A stretch of 64,000 nt of DNA, from contig CAXXMV010000001.1 in assembly GCA_963662285.2 (NCBI GenBank), positions 896,001-960,000 on the forward strand. The letters run 5' to 3'. The translations under genes and the position numbers were made by a program. Below the pieces are notes generated by a model that saw nothing but the letters and a program-made list of their open reading frames with translations, did no database searches and had not been told where the DNA came from. Position 1 is the stretch's first letter. Every line of letters starts with the position of its first letter. Of the stretch, positions 53,175-62,383 are shown one piece after another. Source of the stretch: a bacterium (GTDB lineage: Bacteria; Hinthialibacterota; Hinthialibacteria; Hinthialibacterales; Hinthialibacteraceae).

Positions 53175-54254
53175 TTAGAGAATAATGAGTTCTTTAGTTG
53201 AGTTATTCATTATTTCACATGCGCCGTCTCTAATAACTACCATATCCTCTATGCGAATCCCGCCTACTCCTGCAACATACACGCCCGGTTCAATAGTTAC
53301 TACATGGCCGCTCTCCAGTTGGTGGTCGGCCAGAGGGGATAGCCGGGGTGATTCGTGAATTTCAAGGCCTACGCCATGCCCCAGGCCATGCATAAATTGA
53401 TCGATCCGCCCCGCTTTTCTGATAACATCTCGCGCATATTTATCGGCCTGCACGCCGCTGATGCCCGCGCAAATACTATCTTCAGCTGCGCGATTAGCGT
53501 CAAATACGCACTGATACATGCTTTTCAGTTCCTCAGACGGTTGGCCGAAGAAGATAGTGCGCGTTATATCTGAATTATACCCGTCCGGCATCAAACAGCC
53601 AAAATCCATCAGAATAACATCGCCTGTTTTCAGCGTATGATTAGAAGCCTTGCCGTGGCACATCGAAGAACGGGGGCCAAATAAGACCAGTGGGTCAAAG
53701 GACTCTTTCACCGCCCCGGCGCGCCACATCTCATCAAGCAGAAAACGGGCCAGTTCACGCTCGCTCATACCCTCATGGATTTCATCCAAAGCCTTTTGGA
53801 AAGCATCTTCGGCCAGTTTGAGAGCCTGCTTCAGTGCAAGAATCTCCGGCTCTTCTTTTACTACGCGCAAGAGTTCGACAACGCTGCGCTTAGGAATGAA
53901 CGATTTGGCAGGTATAGCATCCTGCAAGGCGGAAAACCTCGCTACCGTGTAGTTATCAGCTTCAAACCAGATAATCTTATCAGACGCATCGCCAATTATA
54001 TCAGATATAGCCTGCATCTCCTTACGGTTACCCTGTATAACTGCTTGATATTCTGATACTTCGCGCGAAACCTGTTCGGTATATCTTCCATCCGTCAGAA
54101 TATACTGCCGGTCAGGGCTAATTAACAAAGAAGCAGAACTTCCAGTAAAACCGGATAGATAACGTACGTTAGACAGGTCGGTTACAAAAAACCAATCCGC
54201 GTCGCCCTGATCAATTGTTTTTAAGACTGAAGCGGTTCTAGATTTATAGTCCAT
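53175..54254 (-). CDS. Xaa-Pro aminopeptidase (M24B)
   Basis: RYLSGFTGS, TDGRY, DFG..YNSDITRT, HGLGHGVGLEIHE, TIEPG, GGIRIED. Confidence 0.95.
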   Translation of the reverse strand: MDYKSRTASVLKTIDQGDADWFFVTDLSNVRYLSGFTGSSASLLISPDRQYILTDGRYTEQVSREVSEYQAVIQGNRKEMQAISDIIGDASDKIIWFEADNYTVARFSALQDAIPAKSFIPKRSVVELLRVVKEEPEILALKQALKLAEDAFQKALDEIHEGMSERELARFLLDEMWRAGAVKESFDPLVLFGPRSSMCHGKASNHTLKTGDVILMDFGCLMPDGYNSDITRTIFFGQPSEELKSMYQCVFDANRAAEDSICAGISGVQADKYARDVIRKAGRIDQFMHGLGHGVGLEIHESPRLSPLADHQLESGHVVTIEPGVYVAGVGGIRIEDMVVIRDGACEIMNNSTKELIIL

Positions 54255-54526
54255 ATATTTTCACCCTTAGAGCGATTCTCAAAACAACATGCGTCTATGC
54301 GGTTGTTAACTGCTATAACCCATTTTCACTCATTATGGATGCATATCTTTGAAGGGCAAGAGTTAAATTAAATGCTTTTGTTTTTAATAATATAAAAAAA
54401 GTCATAATTATTTCACTCGCCTTGACCAGAACCAAGCTACAGAGAAAATACTTATAATCTCTTCACCTCATAAAATCATAGGTATATAGATTGAATTTTT
54501 GATTTTTTACGCCGGATGCAGAGATG

Positions 54527-54640
54527 TAGAGTGCTTGACATAATAACATTCATTTTCGCGTTTTGAAAAAGCCAGTAAAGATTGGCTTTTTCAAAGACTA
54601 AAGGCAATAATAAACGAATATGGTTTTGGCAACCGCTCTA
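54527..54640 (-). repeat. ~114-bp MITE-like repeat, inverted copy
   Basis: Reverse complement aligns to 41196-41309; TAGAG..CTCTA ends; hairpin TTTGAAAAAGCCA/TGGCTTTTTCAAA. Confidence 0.88.
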
Positions 54641-54686
54641 ATCACAAAATATATTCCACTCTGTACAAAGATGGGAGGAAATACTC

Positions 54687-56042
54687 ATGGATTTTCCAGC
54701 GCTTAAGAAAACTGGTGCACTCGATTTCTTTTCCGAATACGGAAAGAAAATATTCAATCCAACAGGGATATTCTATTGGACGGGACGTTCAAAAACCGAG
54801 GCGAAAATCAACGCCACGATCGGTTCCGCTATGGGTCGCTCAAAAGATATCTTTGAAGATGGCGACGACCAAAAAATCACTTTATGCATTCCGTCAATCA
54901 AAGAGTATTTTTCAGATTTGAGCACCGAAGAGATTTTCCCCTACGCTCCAGAAGTAGGCATCCCGGCTTTCCGTGAAGCATGGAAGGAATGGCTGCTCAC
55001 CAAAGCAGCAGGCGATGCAGACCGGATTAAACCGCGCTTGATTAATCCAATGATCATTCCCGGCATCACTGGCGGCATCAGCATCTGTACGCGTATGTTC
55101 GTGGATCCAGGAACACCTATAATCGTGCCGGATAAACGTTGGGAAAACTACGATAACATCTTCCTGCGTAACGTGTTCTGCGAAATTGAAGAATACCCCA
55201 CCTTCGATGGACAGGATTACAACCTGGACGGCATGATCGCTTCGATTAAAAAAGTATGGGGCAAACAAGACCGTGCGGTAGTTATGCTTAATTTCCCGAA
55301 TAACCCGACTGGTTATTGCCCGCCAAAAGCGATTGCGGCGAAAATGGTTAAAGAGATTCAAGAACTCGTCAGCAATAATGCAGACAAGATACTTGTTTTG
55401 ATCTTAGATGATGCTTACGAAGGTTATGTATACGATGACGAAGCGGAAAACCGCTCGCTCTTTTACAGCTTCGATCCAGCGCCCAATTTCCTGCCAGTGA
55501 AGATGGATGGCATCAGCAAGGAAATGCTATGGTACGGCGCACGGGTTGGCGCAATAACTCTTATGTGCCCGGACGAATGGTTCGAGCAAGGCGGTAAAGA
55601 CGAAGTTTGTAAAGAGATTGAAAACAAATTTCGCGGCATAGTTCGCAACACCGTTTCCAACTGCTCGCGCGTCGCTCAGGTTGCCGCATTAAAAGCGCTG
55701 CAAAATATCGACAAAATAATCGAAGAACGAAACAAAGTATTCGACATTCTGGCGGAAAGATATCGAGTTACCAAAGAAGAACTGGGCAAATTGACAACTG
55801 ATCTCCTCCAGGTCGATCCGTTCCAGGGCGGCTTCTTCTGTTTTGTTAATATTAATCCTAAATCAGGATTAAAAGCTTTTGACGTGTGCGACCATCTATT
55901 GAAGAAATACGCTGTTGGCGCCGTTCCCATCGAAGAGGGCGATATCAACGGCATCCGTCTGGCATTCTGCGGCGTTGAATCGAAGGACATTCCAGAAATG
56001 TGCCAAAGCCTGGAAAAAGCTGTTATTGATTTGGCTAAATAA
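54687..56042 (+). CDS. Class I/II PLP-dependent aminotransferase
   Basis: NFPNNPTGY, DDAYEG, KMDGISKE..YGARVG. Confidence 0.92.
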   Translation: MDFPALKKTGALDFFSEYGKKIFNPTGIFYWTGRSKTEAKINATIGSAMGRSKDIFEDGDDQKITLCIPSIKEYFSDLSTEEIFPYAPEVGIPAFREAWKEWLLTKAAGDADRIKPRLINPMIIPGITGGISICTRMFVDPGTPIIVPDKRWENYDNIFLRNVFCEIEEYPTFDGQDYNLDGMIASIKKVWGKQDRAVVMLNFPNNPTGYCPPKAIAAKMVKEIQELVSNNADKILVLILDDAYEGYVYDDEAENRSLFYSFDPAPNFLPVKMDGISKEMLWYGARVGAITLMCPDEWFEQGGKDEVCKEIENKFRGIVRNTVSNCSRVAQVAALKALQNIDKIIEERNKVFDILAERYRVTKEELGKLTTDLLQVDPFQGGFFCFVNINPKSGLKAFDVCDHLLKKYAVGAVPIEEGDINGIRLAFCGVESKDIPEMCQSLEKAVIDLAK

Positions 56043-56068
56043 AAAACCATTATCAAAAAGATTCCATC

Positions 56069-56101
56069 AAAAGGGGCGTATATATTTTTACGCCCCTTTT
56101 T
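56069..56101 (+). terminator. Intrinsic terminator
   Basis: AAAAGGGGCGTA-loop-TACGCCCCTTTTT after the aminotransferase stop. Confidence 0.85.
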
Positions 56102-56201
56102 CAATTTTAAAAACGGGTGGATGATAAACAAATATAGAGGTTAAGAAAAATTCTTGCTCTATTTCATATTACAATAAAAACCAAAATATATTACTAAACC
56201 T

Positions 56202-57626
56202 ATGCAATCAAAAATTTCCCGTACAATTCCAATTTTTATCCTGTGGCTCATAAGTTTCGCATTGCAGGCTAATGCTCACCCTCACGTTTTTATTGATCTA
56301 TATTCTAATATTTTATATAACCAGCAAGGCATTGATGCGATTGAGATCGAATGGATATTCGACCGGTTCTCAACCCAGATCATCCTCGAAGATTGCGACG
56401 ATGACGGCAATGGAAGAATTGACCCCGATGATATGCCGGCTATTCAAAAAAATTATGGCGATTCGCTCTCCAAAGAAGATTTCTTCACCATTATCCATGC
56501 GGGAGAAGAACGGATTACCAACGTCACATCAACCCTTCAGAACGCTTCGATTATAAAAGGATATGCGGTTTTCAATATATTATTGGATGTCGATATTCCA
56601 TTCACAGAGAGCGAGCAATTTCTAACATTGAATTTTGAAGACCCAAGTATATTCATCGCTTTCTCGGTTAATAAAAAAAAGCCATCCATCACTACTAAAA
56701 TAGTTGAGGGCGACCTTCCCCCGGTCAGCATCAAATCAAGTTCAGAGATGGCATATCAGTTAATCCTGCGCTTGGGATCACTAAATGACTTAGGAAAAGA
56801 GTTCGACGCCTCTGATTTATTTACAGCATCCGCCTATTCACATAAATCAAAAAATTATTTCTCAACCATAAGAACCAGATTCACCGCATTGCAAGCAAAA
56901 TACAATCAAAAAATTGGTAACATGGTTATCGAATCAAAAGAAAAATTATCCTTAAAATTATTATTGGTTATATTCCTGTTTGCTTTGGGATACGGCATTA
57001 TTCACGCCGCTGGACCAGGACACGGTAAGACCGTCGTGATGGGATTTTTTCTGCAAAATCGCGCCAAACCATTTCATGCCATACTAATGGCCTTGAATAT
57101 TTCAATCGTCCATACCGGAACAGCGATTCTATTATCGCTCTTGTTCATGACTATTCTTTCATCTTACTCAGGGATGTCGAGAATGGTTATTCAAGCGCAA
57201 ATCAGTTTTGCAGTGGCTATCTTCATCTTAATATTCGGCATTTGGCTATTGGTAAGAAAAATCCGCTCAGACAACCAGGTGCTCTCAATCGAATCAGTTT
57301 CATCCAACAAAAACATGGTACGCGCCGTGATGGCCGCAGGCATGATTCCCTGCCCGCTATCCATTACCATCATGCTGCTGGCAGTTACTCAAAATGTTTT
57401 CTTGCAAGGATTGCTGGCAGTGGCAGGAATCGCGCTGGGCATGATGATTCTACTCTCCTTAGCAGGGATTACAGCCATAAAAGCTAAAGACGCAATTCGC
57501 GTCTTATCAGAATCCCGTAAAGGCGCCGCTACGAAATTGCATAACGCCCTGGAATACGCCGGGGCGATTATGATAATCTGTTTCGGCGCAGGGCTGTGCT
57601 TCTTATACACGCCCCGGATTTGGTAA
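56202..57626 (+). CDS. DUF1007-like periplasmic domain fused to a NicO/RcnA-type nickel/cobalt transporter
   Basis: Signal peptide + AHPHVF and W.FD.F; YGIIHAAGPGHGKT, H.GTA and PCP transporter motifs. Confidence 0.85.
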   Translation: MQSKISRTIPIFILWLISFALQANAHPHVFIDLYSNILYNQQGIDAIEIEWIFDRFSTQIILEDCDDDGNGRIDPDDMPAIQKNYGDSLSKEDFFTIIHAGEERITNVTSTLQNASIIKGYAVFNILLDVDIPFTESEQFLTLNFEDPSIFIAFSVNKKKPSITTKIVEGDLPPVSIKSSSEMAYQLILRLGSLNDLGKEFDASDLFTASAYSHKSKNYFSTIRTRFTALQAKYNQKIGNMVIESKEKLSLKLLLVIFLFALGYGIIHAAGPGHGKTVVMGFFLQNRAKPFHAILMALNISIVHTGTAILLSLLFMTILSSYSGMSRMVIQAQISFAVAIFILIFGIWLLVRKIRSDNQVLSIESVSSNKNMVRAVMAAGMIPCPLSITIMLLAVTQNVFLQGLLAVAGIALGMMILLSLAGITAIKAKDAIRVLSESRKGAATKLHNALEYAGAIMIICFGAGLCFLYTPRIW

Positions 57627-57650
57627 TCACATTCTATTACTGTAATACAG

Positions 57651-58118
57651 TTATTCTTTTAACGCTTCAAGAACTGCTTCGGTATGACCGTCAACTTTCA
57701 CTTTGTGGAAAATCTTTTTGATTTTGCCGTCTTTGCCGATAATAAAAGTGCTGCGCTCAATGCCCATTACTTTTTTGCCATACATATTCTTCTCTTTCAT
57801 GACGCCATACTTTTTGCATACGACCTCTTCCTCATCACTTAAGAGAGGAAACGGCAGTTCGAATTTATCGCTGAATTTAATATGAGATTTTATACTGTCA
57901 CGGCTGACGCCCAGAACCACCGCGCCTTTGCTTTTAATCTTGGTGATATTCTCTTTGAATGAACATGCTTCAGCAGTGCAGCCCGGCGTGTTATCCCGTG
58001 GATAAAAAAAGAGCACTACTTGCTTTTCGCCTTTATAATCCTTCAGCGAAACCTTCTCTCCATTTTGTGCGGGAAGCGTAATCGCCGGTGCGGCTTTTCC
58101 TTCTTCAACAGTCGCCAT
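57651..58118 (-). CDS. bcp: Thioredoxin-dependent peroxiredoxin Bcp
   Basis: FYPRDNTPGCTAEAC, RSTFII; AGGAG RBS before MATVEE. Confidence 0.95.
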   Translation of the reverse strand: MATVEEGKAAPAITLPAQNGEKVSLKDYKGEKQVVLFFYPRDNTPGCTAEACSFKENITKIKSKGAVVLGVSRDSIKSHIKFSDKFELPFPLLSDEEEVVCKKYGVMKEKNMYGKKVMGIERSTFIIGKDGKIKKIFHKVKVDGHTEAVLEALKE

Positions 58119-58202
58119 TTTATATCTCCTATATTTACAGTAATCCACCATATTAGTAATATTGTAATCTTAGAGATTAGAAAAATCCAACAAATTCAGA
58201 AA

Positions 58203-58985
58203 TTACTTATAATCGATTGGGTGGGTGATTGTAGGATTGTCGCCGCATACCGCACAATCTTTGTCCCGTGGAATCGACACGCGGCGAAACTGCATTTCCA
58301 GCGCATCATAAATAACCATTTTTCCGACTAAAGGACTGCCAATTCCAAGAATGATTTTGATCGCTTCAGCAGCCTGCAATGTCCCCAGCGTACCAGCGAC
58401 GCAACCTAATATTCCCGCCTCCTTACCACTGGGTATTAATCCCGGCGGGGGAGGCTCAGAGAAGATGCATCTATAACAGGGGCCTTCACCGGGAACAATG
58501 GTCATAGCCTGTCCGGCAAATTGAGAGACGCCTGCATGCACCATTGTTTTACCTGCTATAACGCAGGCGTCATTAACGAGAAAGCGGGCGGGGAAATTAT
58601 CGGTGCAATCCAAGACCACATCATAAGGTTCAATGAGTTGCAGGATATTTTCAGCATTCACTCTTAGCGAATGCTGAATAATCTGACAATCGGGATTAAG
58701 TTGCTTGAGTTTACGCGATGCAGACTCTGTTTTATCAATGCCCAAATCAGGCGTGGCGTGTAGAATCTGCCGCTGGAGATTGGAATAATCAACCATATCG
58801 TTATCTACCACGCCCAGCGTTCCTACACCGGCAGCCGCCAGATAGAGCAACACGGGAGAACCAAGCCCTCCTGCGCCAATAACCAATGCGCTGCTGGCTA
58901 ACAGTTTCAACTGTCCGGCCTCTCCAAATGAAGGAAGGACAATATTGCGGCTATAGCGTTCGGTTTGCTCTTTGGATAATTGCAT
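58203..58985 (-). CDS. moeB: MoeB/ThiF-family adenylyltransferase
   Basis: RYSR, GAGGLGS, SNLQRQ, DCTDNFPAR, CYRC and CAVC; pathway partner not in the window. Confidence 0.85.
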   Translation of the reverse strand: MQLSKEQTERYSRNIVLPSFGEAGQLKLLASSALVIGAGGLGSPVLLYLAAAGVGTLGVVDNDMVDYSNLQRQILHATPDLGIDKTESASRKLKQLNPDCQIIQHSLRVNAENILQLIEPYDVVLDCTDNFPARFLVNDACVIAGKTMVHAGVSQFAGQAMTIVPGEGPCYRCIFSEPPPPGLIPSGKEAGILGCVAGTLGTLQAAEAIKIILGIGSPLVGKMVIYDALEMQFRRVSIPRDKDCAVCGDNPTITHPIDYK

Positions 58986-59028
58986 GATTATCTAAATCTT
59001 CAGAAGACAGGTGATCAATAAAAATCGC

Positions 59029-60387
59029 CTATTTCGGGTCGCCCGCTATTACCCACTCCAGATTAAACTCAGCGTGTTTAATAGATTTTTTATTCTCCGG
59101 CAAGTGGTAGCTATAAGTGGCGTGAATCATGCCATCCCTGGTTTGAATAAGCGATGGATAAGAAAAACTGCCTTCACCGGGTTTGCCCAGTTCAAGATGT
59201 CGCTGCAATGGCCAAGTCCTTCCTTCATCACTGGAAAGAAACAAATTCAGGCTATGACGCCCATCCGTGGTATCGTTGCACATCAAAAGCCAATTCCCGT
59301 TTGCTAACCGAATCACCTCTACGCTTGATCCGGGATTGGGGATTTCCATTTCAGAAACGCGTCCCCATGTCATACCTTCATCAACGGATTTACTGATACG
59401 GATGCGATTATGCGGGCCGTTCTCTCTCATCATGGCCGCAATGGTTCCATCATTCATGCGGATAAGGCTTGGTTGGATGCCTCCAAAACCAGCTAGAGGA
59501 TGACTGGTCTGCCATGTTTTTCCTCGATCATCTGAAATGGCAATAATGGATATGCTAAAAGCGTCGGTATAGAGCGGCAGCAAAATCCGGCCTGAAGGAA
59601 GCGTAAGCGGGTGGATGCGCGTCATCCATCCCAGGCGCTGAGTCAATTTATTATTGACATTTCTTTTCATATAATACCCGGTAAATTCGTCTGCGGTTAA
59701 TTCGGCGAAAGGTTTCAAATCAGAAGGCATTATATCGGGGAATTTCTTAATAAACCGATCCCATTCATCACGTAAATCATCAGCAAAATTCTGGGGAGTA
59801 ATATGAATATTATCCTGCCAATCCCATTCAGGAGCGCCATCTTTTTGCATGAAATTATTGGAAGTGCGGTATTTAAGCAGAGATGATTCCCAATGATTAG
59901 ATAACACAGTGATCCAGAAAAGCCACAATTTATCCTGTTGATCAACATAAAAAACCGGATTGCAATCAGGATATCCTGGCGTATCTGCCAAGACAAAACG
60001 ATCACTCCATCGTTTCATCCCCTTTTGTTTTCTTGCTCCTTCAATACGAACATCATCCGCTTTGCGTTCGCCTGACCCATGAAACCAACACAACAATAGA
60101 CTACCGTCGGGACATTCAACCAGACTTGATGCATGATTATGCCATGATTCGAGAGGGAAAACTAACTCGGATTCATAATAAGGTTCATCGCAATATACTA
60201 TGGGAGAAAAAAATGCGAGAACTAGAAAAAATACTGTTGAATAAATAAGAAAGTCGTTAACGTTTCCCTTTGAACGTTCGAAACACCATACCGCGACTTG
60301 ATTTAGATTGCGATTTGGCGCCAGTTTTTGGACCACTATAAGAGGTAGACGGACTAGAAGGTTTTGCATCTTCACCCATTTTTTCAT
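59029..60387 (-). CDS. Secreted BNR-repeat exo-alpha-sialidase-like protein
   Basis: Asp-boxes SDDRGKTW, SVDEGMTW, SSDEGRTW; FSYPS; true start uncertain, probably near 60260 just before the hydrophobic signal segment. Confidence 0.85.
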   Translation of the reverse strand: MKKWVKMQNLLVRLPLIVVQKLAPNRNLNQVAVWCFERSKGNVNDFLIYSTVFFLVLAFFSPIVYCDEPYYESELVFPLESWHNHASSLVECPDGSLLLCWFHGSGERKADDVRIEGARKQKGMKRWSDRFVLADTPGYPDCNPVFYVDQQDKLWLFWITVLSNHWESSLLKYRTSNNFMQKDGAPEWDWQDNIHITPQNFADDLRDEWDRFIKKFPDIMPSDLKPFAELTADEFTGYYMKRNVNNKLTQRLGWMTRIHPLTLPSGRILLPLYTDAFSISIIAISDDRGKTWQTSHPLAGFGGIQPSLIRMNDGTIAAMMRENGPHNRIRISKSVDEGMTWGRVSEMEIPNPGSSVEVIRLANGNWLLMCNDTTDGRHSLNLFLSSDEGRTWPLQRHLELGKPGEGSFSYPSLIQTRDGMIHATYSYHLPENKKSIKHAEFNLEWVIAGDPK

Positions 60388-61138
60388 TGAGTTGTTTCAC
60401 CGCTTTCTTCATTTCTTTTCGTTGATTATCCAATCGCCCTATATCCTGATGAGTTTTCTGCATCGACTCAATGCCATCTTTAAGAATTTTCTTTAATTCA
60501 GTCGGCGATGCTTTGAGACTTCCAACCCTAACTTTTGAAGGAACATCTAAATTCAATGATTTGAGCATTGTCCGTACTTCCTGGATCGCATCACTATCTT
60601 GCAGCAAAAGAGCGACTTCAGTTAATCTGTGAGCGATATTAATCATATTTGCTACCAACGCACTACGATGCGCTTCCAGAATATCATCATAACACCATGC
60701 CATTTGAACTCGATTCTGCATCGATTCAACAACGTAGTTACGTATATTAGATAATGGACTTGGTTCATAAGACAAGGATGTTTTATTATCCAAATCGCCA
60801 AGGCAGTCGATTAAATTATCAAGCGTTGTTTCTTTCCCCGCCGCAATTAAAACTCCACAAATCTGTTTAACAACAGGATTAGTATTTTGTTCATGTATAA
60901 TCTTTTTATCTGTAGTATTAAGAGTAAATCGAAGATTGGACGCTTCTTCGAGATTATCTTTCACTTGACGTTGAAGCGATTGAGTTTTATTAGAATCGAG
61001 TTCCTTATTCTTCTCTGCTTTTTGCAATAAATCAATACAGGTATCTGCTTGATGCTGAATGGCATGGTAAATTTGCTGCGCTTCTCCCGATATAAGGAGA
61101 TTCGCAATTGCTGTAGGTGAAGAAATGTCATTTTCCAC
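60257..61138 (-). CDS. Hypothetical coiled-coil protein
   Basis: GTG start with AGGAG RBS 3 bp after the regulator gene stop; helical with a basic disordered tail. Confidence 0.7.
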   Translation of the reverse strand: MENDISSPTAIANLLISGEAQQIYHAIQHQADTCIDLLQKAEKNKELDSNKTQSLQRQVKDNLEEASNLRFTLNTTDKKIIHEQNTNPVVKQICGVLIAAGKETTLDNLIDCLGDLDNKTSLSYEPSPLSNIRNYVVESMQNRVQMAWCYDDILEAHRSALVANMINIAHRLTEVALLLQDSDAIQEVRTMLKSLNLDVPSKVRVGSLKASPTELKKILKDGIESMQKTHQDIGRLDNQRKEMKKAVKQLNEKMGEDAKPSSPSTSYSGPKTGAKSQSKSSRGMVFRTFKGKR

Positions 61139-61141
61139 AAT

Positions 61142-62320
61142 TTACTCCTTTTCCACCAATATTGATTGGATCACAGCGAAAAGTTCTTCTTTTTTAAATG
61201 GCTTTTGCAAAAACCTCGTTTTCCCACTTAAAGGAAAATGGTTAAGAATATTTTTTTCATTTTGCAATGCACTGTAAAATACGATTCTAGCGCCTGGATC
61301 AATCCCTCTAATCAATTTTGCAACCTCAATACCGTCAATTCCTGGAACAAATACATCTAGCAAAAAAATATCAATTTCCGACAAGTGCATAGAAGGCAAC
61401 AGATTAGCCAGTTCCTGTCCATTATCATATATTGAAACATCAAAACCATGCTGAACCAATAGGTTTTGAATAAACTCAGATACCATTTTCTGGTCTTCCA
61501 GAATTAACATATTCTTTTTGTGATCATAGGTTTGAAAATGTTGTTTTGAGTCAATATCTGAATCTACCGAAACCGGCGCAGTCGATTGAAATGGGATAGA
61601 AATAGAATATTTTGCTGGTGATATACTATTTCTATCATATACAATTTCACACCCGGATTTCCCCGCGATTTCATGAGCCAGTTCTAAACTGACTTTTTTA
61701 ATAATTCGCGAAGATGTTGCAGATTCATTATGATCATATAGGATAGAATTAGTAGAAACCATCCTCCGAGGAATGACGTCAATTACCAAATTCGCATCAT
61801 TTTCTTTACCGTAATTTAGATCAATTACGGCTTCAACCCGGATATCTCCCTGGGCGGATAGATCTGCCTTGGCCGCCAATAAGACATAAAGCAGCAATAA
61901 CGGCAATTGATTTACCGCAATATAATGACCTGATAAGGACTCGTCCGGCTTATAAACAATGGAACAATTCGAACCAAAAGTTTTATCACAGAAATCAATC
62001 ACTCTGATTAATCTCTCATTGATACAACTCGAAGCATCTCCATCTGTGCGAAATAAATCCAAAAAATCATTACTGATTGTTTTATTTTTTTCACAACACT
62101 GAATAGAACGTTCAATAAAAGAAATTACATCTTCAGATAATGAGGGAGTTTTCCGGGCAAGGATAAGATATCCCAAAATCCCGGTTAATTGATTATTAGA
62201 TTCATGCAAAACTTTCCTGGTCAGCGATCCAATAATCGCTAATTCAAAAATTTCTCTTATTGCATCATCAGATACTGATTGATGCAATAATTCTTCAAAT
62301 AAACCAGAATGTTCCAACAT
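61142..62320 (-). CDS. Hybrid histidine-kinase-like/receiver protein without sensor domain
   Basis: H-box HESNNQLTGILGY; C-terminal REC (LILEDQ, LLDVFVPGIDG, SA, QKPF); ATP-binding boxes not recognisable. Confidence 0.8.
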   Translation of the reverse strand: MLEHSGLFEELLHQSVSDDAIREIFELAIIGSLTRKVLHESNNQLTGILGYLILARKTPSLSEDVISFIERSIQCCEKNKTISNDFLDLFRTDGDASSCINERLIRVIDFCDKTFGSNCSIVYKPDESLSGHYIAVNQLPLLLLYVLLAAKADLSAQGDIRVEAVIDLNYGKENDANLVIDVIPRRMVSTNSILYDHNESATSSRIIKKVSLELAHEIAGKSGCEIVYDRNSISPAKYSISIPFQSTAPVSVDSDIDSKQHFQTYDHKKNMLILEDQKMVSEFIQNLLVQHGFDVSIYDNGQELANLLPSMHLSEIDIFLLDVFVPGIDGIEVAKLIRGIDPGARIVFYSALQNEKNILNHFPLSGKTRFLQKPFKKEELFAVIQSILVEKE

Positions 62321-62383
62321 TTTTCCTACACAGCATATTTATACAGATTTTACTATAATCAAACAAATCTCAAAGTCAAATTA

